Assembly: GCA_013166775.1 (NCBI GenBank)
Contig: JABLTJ010000004.1
Coordinates: 32,001 to 96,000, forward strand
Length of the DNA: 64,000 nt
Reading direction: 5' to 3'
Source: Promethearchaeati archaeon
Lineage (GTDB): Archaea > Asgardarchaeota > Heimdallarchaeia > Heimdallarchaeales > Heimdallarchaeaceae
The notes beneath the pieces were generated by a model, which saw only the letters and a list, made by a program, of their open reading frames with translations, ran no database searches and was not told the origin of the DNA. Shown one piece after another: positions 49,665-59,762 of the stretch (its first letter is position 1; every line of letters begins with the position of its first letter). The position numbers and the translations under genes were made by a program.

Positions 49665-49853
49665 TTAATCTAATTCTGTTGGTTGCTCAAACTGACTACC
49701 AAAGAACTCGAAGACATGGTAACTTCCACATTCGGGACAATGGAATGTAAGTGTAAAAGCTTTCTTTCTATCATCCCCAACAAATTCATGTTCTATTTCT
49801 TTTTCACAGAATTTGCAGTAGAAATTTAGTTTGGGTTTATTTTCTGCGGACAT
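49665..49853 (-). CDS. Small zinc-ribbon protein
   Basis: CKFC...CPECG; same strand as neighbours. Confidence 0.65.
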   Translation of the reverse strand: MSAENKPKLNFYCKFCEKEIEHEFVGDDRKKAFTLTFHCPECGSYHVFEFFGSQFEQPTELD

Positions 49854-49910
49854 CTTCCTTCACAATATGATTCTTTAATGTATTTTTAAGTTATTTGCAT
49901 GCAAGCAATT

Positions 49911-51068
49911 CTACAATATATTTTTGAATCTGTCTACAACTTCCTCTATCTGGGGAACACTTACTGATCCAAAGCTAGCTCTTATGTAATTATCTTGATT
50001 GGGACCGAATTCTGTTCCTGGCACAACAACAACATCAGCATCCTCAAAAGCTCTTTCAGAGAAATCTTTTCCATCTGAATATTTGGTTTCCTCAACATTT
50101 GCGTAACAATAGAAGGATCCTTTTGGTCTTTTACATTTTACTCCATCAATTGAGTTAAATCCATCTACTATTGTATTTCGACGTGTTTGGAACTCATTCT
50201 TAACGTATTTTTTGAACTCTTTTGCTTCCTTTGTGTGCATAAAGTTAGCTAAAGCAATTTGCATAGGAGTGGTAGCGTTAGCGATAATATAAGTATGATA
50301 TCTCAGTATAGGTCGTAAAATATCTGGAGTTGTGACTCCAAAACCCATTCTCCATCCTGGTATTGCAAATGTTTTGGAGAAGGAATTTACTGTTATTGTT
50401 TTTTCGTAAGCATCATCTATTGAGGCAATATGTACATGTTTATTATCATCATAAGTATAGTATTCATACACTTCATCACTTAAAATAAAAATATCATTAT
50501 CAACTGCAAGATCAACAATTGCTTTGAGCTCTTCACGAGTCATCACAGCTCCAGTAGGATTACTTGGAAAATTTAAAAAAATGAATTTTGTTTTATCCGT
50601 GATTGATTCTTTTGTTTTTTCGATATCTATTGAGAAATCCTCAGTCGATGGCATCCAAACTATTTTTCCTCCTGCTAAAACTACTTGACGTGGATAGGTA
50701 AGAAAGCAAGGAGCTTGAAGTAAAACCTCATCACCTGGAGTAAGATATGTTTGAAGTGCAACATAAATAATCTGAACACCCCCACACCCAACAATTACTC
50801 CTTCCTCACTACTATAATCAACACCATAATCTTCTTTATAATTCCTTGTTATAGCTTCCCTAAACTCTTTATTACCTGGAGTTAAATCGTAATTGTTAAA
50901 ATTGTTAAAAACTGCATCTTTTAAAGCTTCTTTCAAACCATCTGGTGTGTTAATATCTGGAGCCCCAATACCTAACGAAATCACATTAGCTTTTCCTTTA
51001 GCTTTGGAGAATAATTCTCTAATACCACTTGGTTCAATTTTTTCTAGTTTTTCAGGAAAGAAATTCAT
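49911..51068 (-). CDS. PLP-dependent aminotransferase class I/II
   Basis: SLGIGAPD, NFPSNPTG, SDEVY, SFSKTFAIPGWRMG, VVPGTEFG, IRASF. Confidence 0.94.
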   Translation of the reverse strand: MNFFPEKLEKIEPSGIRELFSKAKGKANVISLGIGAPDINTPDGLKEALKDAVFNNFNNYDLTPGNKEFREAITRNYKEDYGVDYSSEEGVIVGCGGVQIIYVALQTYLTPGDEVLLQAPCFLTYPRQVVLAGGKIVWMPSTEDFSIDIEKTKESITDKTKFIFLNFPSNPTGAVMTREELKAIVDLAVDNDIFILSDEVYEYYTYDDNKHVHIASIDDAYEKTITVNSFSKTFAIPGWRMGFGVTTPDILRPILRYHTYIIANATTPMQIALANFMHTKEAKEFKKYVKNEFQTRRNTIVDGFNSIDGVKCKRPKGSFYCYANVEETKYSDGKDFSERAFEDADVVVVPGTEFGPNQDNYIRASFGSVSVPQIEEVVDRFKNIL

Positions 51069-51128
51069 TAATTATCAAGTTGGCTTTAAACACTATAGAA
51101 TTAAATGTTTTCATTAAAGCTTAAGCAT

Positions 51129-52199
51129 TTATTTTTGTTCTAAAATTTCTACTATCTTATCAGCAGGAGATTCAAGTTTCTCTAGAATACTTTGAACCTG
51201 GTTTCTCATAACAGTTTTATTCACTGGATTCATCAATAAATCCTTTGCTCTAGAAATCGCTTCTTGAAGTGTAAATTCATTAAACAAGGGAATTCCTATG
51301 GATGCTATGTATTCCAATACTTCCAATGGTTTGGGATAATAAGAGATAGAAGGTGTTCCAAGAGCTGCTGCTTCTCTAGCCATAGTTGCTCCACCTGTAA
51401 TGCATAAATCTGAGAAATAGTACAAAGATAGAGTATCTACAGCTTTTGGAGGGATAATAATTTTATTTCCGAACTTCTTCAGAAGGAATTCTTTTTGACT
51501 CTCATATCTTGGAAAAACGATTGCTTTTCCATCATAGACATCAAATATCGCTAACAAAATCTCATCTAAAAGTGTTTGACCTGCCATTTTTTTATCAAGC
51601 ATGTAAGCTGCACTACTCTCTTCTGGTCGAGCTATGATAAATTTATCTTCTTTTGATAAATTCAACATTTCAAGAGTTTCTTCCTTTGCAGAAAAATCTG
51701 TTAGCCAAGCTACTTCATCAATGCCATCATAAGGATAAAACTGTGCATCTAGTGCACCTAATTTTAGCCAGTTTTCTTTTCTAATACTTGAGCTGTAAAC
51801 CAAATATTTTGTTAAGGGTATAGTGAGTTTTCCAACAGCTTTAGCATGTGGTGAATCATTTACATTAATTACAGGTATGCCTAAGCCAAATGCTACTCTA
51901 GTTGATTCAGGGCAAGCAAAGGAAATGTGAATATCAGGCTTTTTTCCTAGATTATGAATATATTCAGCAAGTAAATTTATTCTAGTATTTCCTGCAATGA
52001 GCTTTCCGTATAAAGTCCCCCCACCATGTTTTCCAAGAACTTTAACATCTCTCTTGAGTAGATCAAACAAACTTGAAACGTAATCATATTCTCTACAAGT
52101 AAATATGACTTCATGACCTAGCTTCTCCAATTCAGTAGCTACAGCATCAAATAACAGAGGTTCCTTTGCTGTTACAGCGTCAAACCAGATTATCATCAA
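51129..52199 (-). CDS. DUF354 family protein (GT-B-like fold)
   Basis: IWFD, LGKHGG, RVAFGLGIP, NDSPH, GGATMAREAAALGTPSISYY. Confidence 0.85.
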   Translation of the reverse strand: MMIIWFDAVTAKEPLLFDAVATELEKLGHEVIFTCREYDYVSSLFDLLKRDVKVLGKHGGGTLYGKLIAGNTRINLLAEYIHNLGKKPDIHISFACPESTRVAFGLGIPVINVNDSPHAKAVGKLTIPLTKYLVYSSSIRKENWLKLGALDAQFYPYDGIDEVAWLTDFSAKEETLEMLNLSKEDKFIIARPEESSAAYMLDKKMAGQTLLDEILLAIFDVYDGKAIVFPRYESQKEFLLKKFGNKIIIPPKAVDTLSLYYFSDLCITGGATMAREAAALGTPSISYYPKPLEVLEYIASIGIPLFNEFTLQEAISRAKDLLMNPVNKTVMRNQVQSILEKLESPADKIVEILEQK

Positions 52200-52271
52200 A
52201 CATCATCTAACTTTATAACAAAAAAACATTATGCTTCATTTTTCAAATAAAAAGAAAGAATGAGAAGAAAA

Positions 52272-54437
52272 TTAGTCACATTTACTATAACCACAAGATC
52301 TACATGTGTAGCAACCTTCAGCAAACTCTAGCATTCCACCACATTCAGGACATGCAACAGTGCCATTTGGTCTAATTATCTGTGCTCCATCAATATATGA
52401 TTCCAAGACATGAGCAATTCCATCTGCACAAGATAAAACTGTTTTTCCTTGATAGAAATTTGGGCTTGGACAGCGTATACCTGCTAAATGGTCAGTGATA
52501 GATTCTAATCTTACACCAGATCTTAGAGCAAGAGAGATCAGTCTTCCTACTGCTTCACTTTGACTTGCTATACATCCACCACTTTTTCCTACTTGGACAA
52601 AGACTTCACAAACACCTGTCTCATCTCTGTTTATGGTCACATAGAGGTTTCCGCATCCTGCCCTAATTTTATGTGTTCTTCCTATTGTAACTTCAGGACG
52701 GGGCCTAGGTACAACCTTGTCTGTAATAACAACTTTGATGTCTTGTTCTGCTACTTTTTCAGTTTTCTTTGTTGTTAGAACTTGATATTTTCTAGAACCA
52801 TCTCTATATACAGTGACACCCTTGCATCCTTTCTTGTAAGCTAGTAAATAAGTTTTGGATATATCTTCTTTAGATGCAGTAGATGGGAAATTTATAGTTT
52901 TAGAAGTGGCATTATCTATGTATTTCTGAAAAGCTGCTTGCATCTCTATATGCCATTCAGGTTCTATATCATGGGATGTCACAAACACATCTCTAATTTC
53001 CATAGGAAGCTCATCTATTTCCTGAATTGAGTTTGTTGCAGATATTGTTTCAATAAGCTCTTCAGAATATAATTTAGCCTTTTTCAGTTTTTCTTCAAAA
53101 AGATGATTCACATCAAAAAGTTTCTTTCCGCCAAGAACATTTCTTGTAAATGCTATAGCATAATAAGGTTCTATTCCACTTGAGCAACCAGCAATTAATG
53201 ATATTGTTCCTGTCGGAGCAATAGTTGTTACAGTAGCATTACGCATGTTATCATATTGAGCTTTCAGAGTACTCTTTTCAAAATTAGCAAAATCCCCTCT
53301 TTCTTTTCCAAGCTTAGCAGATTCATCTCGTGCAGTGGATTGGATGAAAGACATAATTTCTTCTGCTTTTTCGATAGCTTCAGTTGAATTATATCTAATT
53401 CCTACCTTTACTAGTAAGTCAGCAAATCCCATAACACCTAAACCAATTTTACGATTTGCTTTAGTCATTTCTTCTATTTGAGGTAGTATAAAGCTGTTCT
53501 TGTCTATAATATTATCAAGGAAACGTATACTAGTTCTTATTGTTTTCTCTAGTAATTCCCAACTAATTTTTCCTTTTGAAACATGCTTTGAAAGATTGAT
53601 AGAACCTAAATTGCAGCTCTCCCATGGGAGCAATGGCATTTCACCACAAGGATTCGTACTCTCAATTTCACCAACTGCAGGAGTTGGATTGTCTCTATTG
53701 ATTCTATCTATGAAAACTATTCCAGGCTCACCGTTTTTCCATGCAAGCTCAATAATTTTGTTGAATACTTCCTTTGCATTTAATTTTCCCATAGTTTTGT
53801 TATTTCTGGGATTTATAAGATCATAATCCTCATTGTTCTCAACTGATTTCATGAAACTTTCAGTTACAGCAACAGAAATATTGAAATTCGTAAAACGAGT
53901 TTGTTCTTCTTTGCATGTAATGAATTCCATGATATCAGGATGATCAACACGAAGAATCCCCATATTAGCACCCCTTCTACGTCCTCCTTGTTTTACAGTA
54001 TTTGTAGCTGCATTGAAGACTTCCATAAATGAAATAGGACCACTTGCGATTCCTCCAGTTGTCTTAACAACATCATTCTTTGGCCGAAGTCTAGAGAATG
54101 CAAAACCTGTCCCTCCTCCACCTTGATGAATCAGGGCACTATTCTTCACAGCTTCAAAAATCGATGTCATATCATCTTCAATTGGTAGGACATAACATGC
54201 ACTAAGTTGTCCTAGCTTAGTACCTGCATTCATAAGTGTGGGAGAATTAGGTAAGAAACGTAAAGAAATCATTATGTCATAGAATTTTTCTCTTTCTTCC
54301 TCATTGTCTCCAATTGCATTTGAAACTCTCCAGAAGAGTTCTTCCGGTGTTTCTAATAATTTTTTATTTTCATCTCTGAGAAGATATCTCTTCTCCAAAA
54401 CAGTGATAGCATTTTTTGAGAGGTCAGTTACTGTCAC
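52272..54437 (-). CDS. nrdJ: Class II (adenosylcobalamin-dependent) ribonucleotide reductase with fused C-terminal TSCPD-like/zinc-ribbon domain
   Basis: VLEKRYL, PNSPTLMNAG, SACYV, GGGTG, RRGANM, NPCGEMPL, TIAPTGT, KGVTVYRDGSR, C-terminal CGNLYVT...CPECG...CRSCGYSKC. GTG start with GGAG RBS. Confidence 0.94.
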   Translation of the reverse strand: MTVTDLSKNAITVLEKRYLLRDENKKLLETPEELFWRVSNAIGDNEEEREKFYDIMISLRFLPNSPTLMNAGTKLGQLSACYVLPIEDDMTSIFEAVKNSALIHQGGGGTGFAFSRLRPKNDVVKTTGGIASGPISFMEVFNAATNTVKQGGRRRGANMGILRVDHPDIMEFITCKEEQTRFTNFNISVAVTESFMKSVENNEDYDLINPRNNKTMGKLNAKEVFNKIIELAWKNGEPGIVFIDRINRDNPTPAVGEIESTNPCGEMPLLPWESCNLGSINLSKHVSKGKISWELLEKTIRTSIRFLDNIIDKNSFILPQIEEMTKANRKIGLGVMGFADLLVKVGIRYNSTEAIEKAEEIMSFIQSTARDESAKLGKERGDFANFEKSTLKAQYDNMRNATVTTIAPTGTISLIAGCSSGIEPYYAIAFTRNVLGGKKLFDVNHLFEEKLKKAKLYSEELIETISATNSIQEIDELPMEIRDVFVTSHDIEPEWHIEMQAAFQKYIDNATSKTINFPSTASKEDISKTYLLAYKKGCKGVTVYRDGSRKYQVLTTKKTEKVAEQDIKVVITDKVVPRPRPEVTIGRTHKIRAGCGNLYVTINRDETGVCEVFVQVGKSGGCIASQSEAVGRLISLALRSGVRLESITDHLAGIRCPSPNFYQGKTVLSCADGIAHVLESYIDGAQIIRPNGTVACPECGGMLEFAEGCYTCRSCGYSKCD

Positions 54438-54480
54438 GTTTATCTCCTGTATTAAATTATTCTTAAATTGGTTATTAAAC

Positions 54481-54539
54481 CCCGAAGAATCTCATAACGA
54501 TATATGATTTACATCGTTTTGAGAAACGCTTTCTTCAGA
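54481..54539 (-). promoter_or_regulatory. Structured 5' leader hairpin upstream of nrdJ
   Basis: On the minus strand: 9-bp stem, 6-nt bulge, 5-bp stem, A.A mismatch, 9-bp stem, 5-nt loop. Three G.U pairs form only on the nrdJ strand. TATA-like boxes at 54567-54583. Confidence 0.6.
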
Positions 54540-54784
54540 TACTTTCTAGTAGGATAAAATGAACCATATTTAAGGATTTATAACACCTTTTTTTTCGCGA
54601 TAGAAGCAGTCTAAATGACAATATTCTACCGACAAAAATCAAGGTAAAAAACAAGTTTTTATAAATATTTAAAAAAAGATACAAGGAAAAATTATGCCTT
54701 ACATATAGAATTACATTTCTGATATATTTCTCATATACATTTTCCGATAGATTTTAATTTGCTCAAAATATAATAGATGCATAA

Positions 54785-55642
54785 ATGAAATTCAAGATGA
54801 ATCGAAGAGCTGTTTCTCCAGTTGTAGCAATTGTCCTAATGTTTGCTCTTACAACTGCAGCAATAGGCATTTCTTTAGCTTATATGTTTCCAAGTATTAG
54901 TCAGTTTAAGGACAAAAGTTACAATAATAGTAATAATCTCTACTTCATTGCTTTAGATTCAGCAATTCAAGATTTAATAACAAACAATCCTCCAATGAGT
55001 AAACAAATCCAGATAAATCAAGAAGAAGGAGAGTTTATGGTTGACTCAAGCTGGAGAGTTCTCTTTCTGCTCAAAGATGTAACAGGGACACAAAGTAGTC
55101 TGGTGCTTGATGAACAAATTACTCGAATTGTGCATAGGAGTACCGCAGTAGCGGATTATGATAAAGGAGAACATAGATATATGATAGGTCCTCAAGATCA
55201 AGATTATTTATTCATTAATGGGAGTAGCACTCTTTATAATGAGATAACTGTGTTAAACAGTTCTAGAACAATGTATGAACCGAGTTTTCTTGATTTAGCC
55301 TTGTATTATAGATATGCTCTTTCAATTAATTATAAAGATGCAGGATCAACAGAGATCTATCAATTAGATATAATTCATGTTAATTTGATTCTAAATGAAT
55401 CCTCTCTGGAGAGTACTATGCAAAAGCATATTTCTCTCCAACTAACCTATTTTGGAACTCAATATGAAGAGTATGGTACTATTGATTTTCTGAATGATAT
55501 TGAGGGAGAAATCCGTCTACTTGACCAATATAATCATTTTCAGAATGACTTTCCAATTTATTTCCCAGTAAATACGAATTTTGTTTCACATCAAATTAAT
55601 GTAAACATTATTAAAATAGATATAGGAGTATCATTTAGCTAG
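54785..55642 (+). CDS. Type IV pilin-like protein (class III signal peptide)
   Basis: MKFKMNRRA/VSPVVAIVLMFALT, the typical archaeal prepilin/archaellin N-terminus. Confidence 0.85.
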   Translation: MKFKMNRRAVSPVVAIVLMFALTTAAIGISLAYMFPSISQFKDKSYNNSNNLYFIALDSAIQDLITNNPPMSKQIQINQEEGEFMVDSSWRVLFLLKDVTGTQSSLVLDEQITRIVHRSTAVADYDKGEHRYMIGPQDQDYLFINGSSTLYNEITVLNSSRTMYEPSFLDLALYYRYALSINYKDAGSTEIYQLDIIHVNLILNESSLESTMQKHISLQLTYFGTQYEEYGTIDFLNDIEGEIRLLDQYNHFQNDFPIYFPVNTNFVSHQINVNIIKIDIGVSFS

Positions 55643-55651
55643 GAGATTATT

Positions 55652-56116
55652 ATGCCCAGTGAATATATAATGTATTTATCAATACTACTAGTAGGAACAC
55701 TTGCAATAGGTGGAATTTCAGCAACTATGGTTGCAATAAATAACACAATGGAAGAAAGGGCAATAGAAGTAAATCTGGAAAATATTCTACAGAGCATTAC
55801 GAAGGTTATTCACGACGTTAAAGAAAATGGTGATAATCAAGTTGAGCTCGGGGCAACAGATCTGAGTTATATCAATATTCTTGCTATTCCAGAAGAAATT
55901 CAAGAGGAGGAGTACATCATAGAAGTAACTTCTACAAATACATCCTATTCATTAAAAGCAAGCCTTAAAGAAGATCCAGAATTTTTCATTTCAGTTTCAC
56001 TCCTGATTTCACCTGATACAATCACAATTTCAGGATCTATTGACAGTACTGGTAATGCACCAAAAGTTATCTACATCTTTGACGGAATATCAAGCTCAAT
56101 TCTACTAGCTAACTAA
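55652..56116 (+). CDS. Pilin-like/accessory protein with N-terminal hydrophobic helix
   Basis: MPSEYIMYLSILLVG hydrophobic helix followed by amphipathic helix and beta region (IPEEIQEEEYIIEV); directly follows the pilin with a GGAG RBS. Confidence 0.6.
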   Translation: MPSEYIMYLSILLVGTLAIGGISATMVAINNTMEERAIEVNLENILQSITKVIHDVKENGDNQVELGATDLSYINILAIPEEIQEEEYIIEVTSTNTSYSLKASLKEDPEFFISVSLLISPDTITISGSIDSTGNAPKVIYIFDGISSSILLAN

Positions 56117-56295
56117 AATTGAAGGTCTTTCTAAGCTGAGCTTTCTACCTTCAAAAAAAGAGCCTAAGAAAGTTTTAAAGATTGGATAAACTGTCGATTT
56201 TTTTTATGAAAAAAAATGCAGAATCGATGTAAAAACATCTTTTATTAACTAAAATGAAAAATAACTTTAAAAAGAGTAGCACTTAATATTAATCT

Positions 56296-57831
56296 ATGCA
56301 AGAAGAAACTGGAGAAACTTTTACTGATACTGCAGCAGTTCCAATTCTTGAGGAAACTTATCCTGTCAGTCCTCCATTCTCTTACGTTCTAATTCAAACG
56401 GATCCCGTTTCTAAAAGAACACAGTATATGGTCGTCGAGATTCCTCTTGACAGTAAAGAACAGGCAATTTATAACAAAATATTTTCGATAATGGTTGACG
56501 AATTAGATGTTGACCTTAGTGTTTTGAAATCATCTGAAAAGGCAGAAGAATTTCTCAAGAAGAAAATAGTTGATATCATTAAAAGGTACAGAATTTCACT
56601 TAATGAATCTCAATTTGAAAAAATTATGTATTATCTAACAAGAGATCTAATTGGTTTCGGTAAGATTCAACCCTTCACACTTGATCCTAATATTGAAGAT
56701 ATATCATGTGATGGTGTTGCTATACCTATTTATGTATGGCACAGAAAGTATGAGTCTATTTCTACAAACGTTTCTTTTGATACATCAGAAGAATTAGATA
56801 GTTTTATCATTAAACTTGCACAAAGAGCAAATAGACATATAAGCATAGCAAATCCTCTATTAGATGCTTCTCTTCCAGATGGAAGCAGAATTCAATTAAC
56901 CTATGGAAAAGAAGTAACACAACGTGGTTCAACTTTTACTATGAGGAAATTCAAAGCAGATCCATTTACTATAACTGATCTTATCCTTTACAATACTATT
57001 GATTTGGACATTGCAGCTTTCTATTGGTTTACTATGGAGCACAATATCAGTACTCTCATCGCAGGAGGAACAGCAGCTGGAAAAACAACTCTTCTTAATA
57101 CGGTTGCGATGATGATTAAACCTGATCTAAAAGTTGTAACTATTGAAGATACTGCTGAACTCAACCTAGCTCATGAAAACTGGATTCCTAGTGTAGTAAG
57201 ATCAGGTTTCGGTGAAACAACAGAAACAGGATACCGTAGGGGACAAATCTCAATGTATGAATTGTTGAGAGCAGCAATGAGACAAAGACCTGACTATATA
57301 ATTGTTGGAGAAATCAGAGGAGAAGAAGCTTACGCGATGTTTCAGGCCATGTCCACTGGACACAGAGGATTAGGAACAATTCATGGTGATTCAGTTGAAG
57401 GAGTAATTCACAGATTGGAAAGCAAACCAATGAATATCCCACGTTCAATGATGAAATCACTGGATATAATCCATGTTATCCGAAAAGTAAGATTACAATC
57501 TAAATTCGCTCGTCGAACCCAGTCAGTAACAGAATTGATTGGTTTAGATCCAGTTACCGAGGAGATTTTAACAAACAAACTCTATCAATGGAATCCAAAA
57601 GATGATACTTTCATTTACTTTGGAAGAAGTTATGTTATGGAGAAAATTATGGAAAATACTGGACTAGAAGAACAAGCTATATTTGATGAACTAGAGCAAA
57701 GAAAAACAATTCTCAGATGGATGGTTAAGAAGCGAATTAGATATTTTGAAGATGTAGCTTCTGTAATCCAAGAGTATAACTCAGATCCAGATAGAGCACT
57801 TGAAAAAGCTAGGAAAGGATTAAAAGCATAA
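56296..57831 (+). CDS. Type II/IV secretion (pilus assembly) ATPase, ArlI/TadA/VirB11 family
   Basis: DPNIEDISCDG, LPDGSRI, GGTAAGKTT, TIEDTAEL, RQRPDYIIVGEIRG, TGHRGLGTIHG. Confidence 0.95.
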   Translation: MQEETGETFTDTAAVPILEETYPVSPPFSYVLIQTDPVSKRTQYMVVEIPLDSKEQAIYNKIFSIMVDELDVDLSVLKSSEKAEEFLKKKIVDIIKRYRISLNESQFEKIMYYLTRDLIGFGKIQPFTLDPNIEDISCDGVAIPIYVWHRKYESISTNVSFDTSEELDSFIIKLAQRANRHISIANPLLDASLPDGSRIQLTYGKEVTQRGSTFTMRKFKADPFTITDLILYNTIDLDIAAFYWFTMEHNISTLIAGGTAAGKTTLLNTVAMMIKPDLKVVTIEDTAELNLAHENWIPSVVRSGFGETTETGYRRGQISMYELLRAAMRQRPDYIIVGEIRGEEAYAMFQAMSTGHRGLGTIHGDSVEGVIHRLESKPMNIPRSMMKSLDIIHVIRKVRLQSKFARRTQSVTELIGLDPVTEEILTNKLYQWNPKDDTFIYFGRSYVMEKIMENTGLEEQAIFDELEQRKTILRWMVKKRIRYFEDVASVIQEYNSDPDRALEKARKGLKA

Positions 57832-57934
57832 GATTAAGGGATTTTTTTTTATTCCCCTATTTTTTCATTAAATAATTGCATTTAAATACAAATATTACTA
57901 AGAACTCTTAACAATATCTGTTGTGGTTGAGAGA

Positions 57935-58585
57935 ATGGACAAAGATGATAAGAAAAAGAAGAAAAAGAAAAAGTCTTTTCCAGATGATTTTCCTGATGAT
58001 TTTCCTGATGAAATCTCTTCACCGTTTGATTTCTTTTCATCAGGAAATGAATTCAATATGGATGAGATAATGAAGAAAATATTTCCCTATTTTAAAGGCT
58101 CTTCTTTTGGAAAAATGATAGATGAAATGATGAAGAATCTAATGAAAAATCTTGAAAACGTAGATTCTAGTGAATATGAAGAGATTTTCAAAAATCCATT
58201 TGTTTATGGATTTAAGCTAGGTTTAGGACCAGATGGTAAACCAAATTTTGGTCAATTTGGTAACTTAAAACCAAAAGAATATGGAGATATAGAAACTTCA
58301 GATGTTAGAGAACCTCTTATTGATGTGTTTAAGGAAGATAAATGTGTTAGAGTAGTTGCAGAGGTACCGGGAGTTAACAAGGGGGATGTCCTTTTAACAG
58401 GATCTGAAAGAACTCTAACTATCAAAGCTCATTCAAAATCTAGAAAATATGAAAAATCAGTAAGTTTACCCGTTTCTGTAGATATCAAAACAGCTAAAGC
58501 TAAATACAAAAACGGAGTACTCGAAGTAGTGATTGAGAGGAAAGAAAACCAAAAAGAAGAAGATCATGAAATTGATATAAACTGA
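57935..58585 (+). CDS. hsp20: Archaeal small heat shock protein Hsp20
   Basis: PFVYGF..GPDGKP...FGN, REPLIDV, VVAEVPGV, AKYKNGVLEV. Confidence 0.93.
   Translation: MDKDDKKKKKKKKSFPDDFPDDFPDEISSPFDFFSSGNEFNMDEIMKKIFPYFKGSSFGKMIDEMMKNLMKNLENVDSSEYEEIFKNPFVYGFKLGLGPDGKPNFGQFGNLKPKEYGDIETSDVREPLIDVFKEDKCVRVVAEVPGVNKGDVLLTGSERTLTIKAHSKSRKYEKSVSLPVSVDIKTAKAKYKNGVLEVVIERKENQKEEDHEIDIN
57976..58011 (+). repeat. In-frame 12-bp tandem repeat x3 in hsp20 (encodes FPDD repeats)
   Basis: TTTTCCAGATGA TTTTCCTGATGA TTTTCCTGATGA. Confidence 0.8.
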
Positions 58586-58611
58586 TTTCTAAATAAATTG
58601 AAAAAGAAAGA

Positions 58612-59289
58612 CTACAATTCCATCCATAAGATTATGTTATGTGGAAAAGTTGCCATAATTGTTTGCCCTAGCTGAAGATCAGCTAAATAACTTCCGTCGC
58701 CCATATTGGTTATAAGAGTACTTGGATTAAAATCTAAAATACCATTATTTATCATTGACTTGATACCATTGTTTATCTTATAGAGGTAGATGTAATTTTC
58801 ACTACCAGTAGTGTCTGATATTTCAACATAATATGTTATATCTATTAAGAATGTTCCATCATAATTAACATCAGGACTATCTATTTGTAATGTAACATTG
58901 AAGCTAATATGTATTGAAACAGGATTTAAAGTTGAACTGGAATTACCTAAACTGAAATCTACTTCATCTAAGTAGAGTACAGCTGGTAGATTATGATTAT
59001 CAAGAAAAGATTCTATAGCTTCGAATCCCTCTAATACAGAGACAATAACTTCAGTTCTAGTAGCTCCAGTTGATGAATGAGACAAAGAAGCCTCTGCTAA
59101 ATCCTGGATAGCAGTAATTGAGTTATCTATATAATGGGAAAGCTGTTTTTGATTTGGAGCTGGATTTACATATGGACTTTGGGTTATTCGATAAACAGTT
59201 GTAGAGAGTAGAATTAAGTAGATTAGAATCACTATTGCCAATAATAGAAAAACCTGCCCTTTGCGATTCTTGAATATCGATTTCCTCAT
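58612..59289 (-). CDS. Minor pilin-like protein (class III signal peptide)
   Basis: MRKSIFKNRKG/QVFLLLAIVILIYLIL. Confidence 0.8.
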   Translation of the reverse strand: MRKSIFKNRKGQVFLLLAIVILIYLILLSTTVYRITQSPYVNPAPNQKQLSHYIDNSITAIQDLAEASLSHSSTGATRTEVIVSVLEGFEAIESFLDNHNLPAVLYLDEVDFSLGNSSSTLNPVSIHISFNVTLQIDSPDVNYDGTFLIDITYYVEISDTTGSENYIYLYKINNGIKSMINNGILDFNPSTLITNMGDGSYLADLQLGQTIMATFPHNIILWMEL

Positions 59290-59290
59290 T

Positions 59291-59758
59291 TTATACACCT
59301 TTCAACCACACTTGGAAGTGATAAATATAAGATTCAAATTCCCCGTTGACTTCTGTAATCAAATAGTCAATTCCTATTGTTTCTTTTGGTAAGATTAGTG
59401 CTTGATTTATCCAACTGTTAATCACTACATCAATTGATTCCATATTTTCACAGTATAACTGGAATTCTCCATTATCCGGTAAAACGCCATAAATTGCTTG
59501 TTTTATTGTATTCTTGATATTTGTTATTTCTACTGCTGAACCAGTTTCAACAGTTACAATATATTCATCTAAAATTCCATTTTTATCAAGAAGTTTTAGT
59601 GTGTTGTAAATATCTTCCTGGAAGTTTGGTTCAGTCGAGGGTTGAGTTGCAAGTTGAACCTCATATAGAGCTGTTACCATTATAATCATAACAGATACAG
59701 CTATGAATGCTTCAATTATGAACAATTGACCCTTCTTGTTTTTAGTTAAACGTTTCAA
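59291..59758 (-). CDS. Minor pilin-like protein (class III signal peptide)
   Basis: MKRLTKNKKG/QLFIIEAFIAVSVMII; TTG start 4 nt after GGTGA. Confidence 0.82.
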   Translation of the reverse strand: MKRLTKNKKGQLFIIEAFIAVSVMIIMVTALYEVQLATQPSTEPNFQEDIYNTLKLLDKNGILDEYIVTVETGSAVEITNIKNTIKQAIYGVLPDNGEFQLYCENMESIDVVINSWINQALILPKETIGIDYLITEVNGEFESYIYHFQVWLKGV

Positions 59759-59762
59759 TTTA

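Noticed and set aside
54481-54539. Interpretation of the nrdJ leader as a cobalamin riboswitch or SECIS
   Set aside because: Too short and lacks the B12-box and four-way junction. It also lacks a SECIS GA quartet, and nrdJ has no in-frame TGA. Kept only as an unassigned structured leader.
56119-56154. Inverted repeat TTGAAGGT/ACCTTCAA with inner CTTTCTA direct repeats, considered as a kink-turn RNA or mobile-element end
   Set aside because: Tandem G.A geometry does not fit a K-turn, and there is no second copy or target duplication. At most a terminator-associated hairpin.
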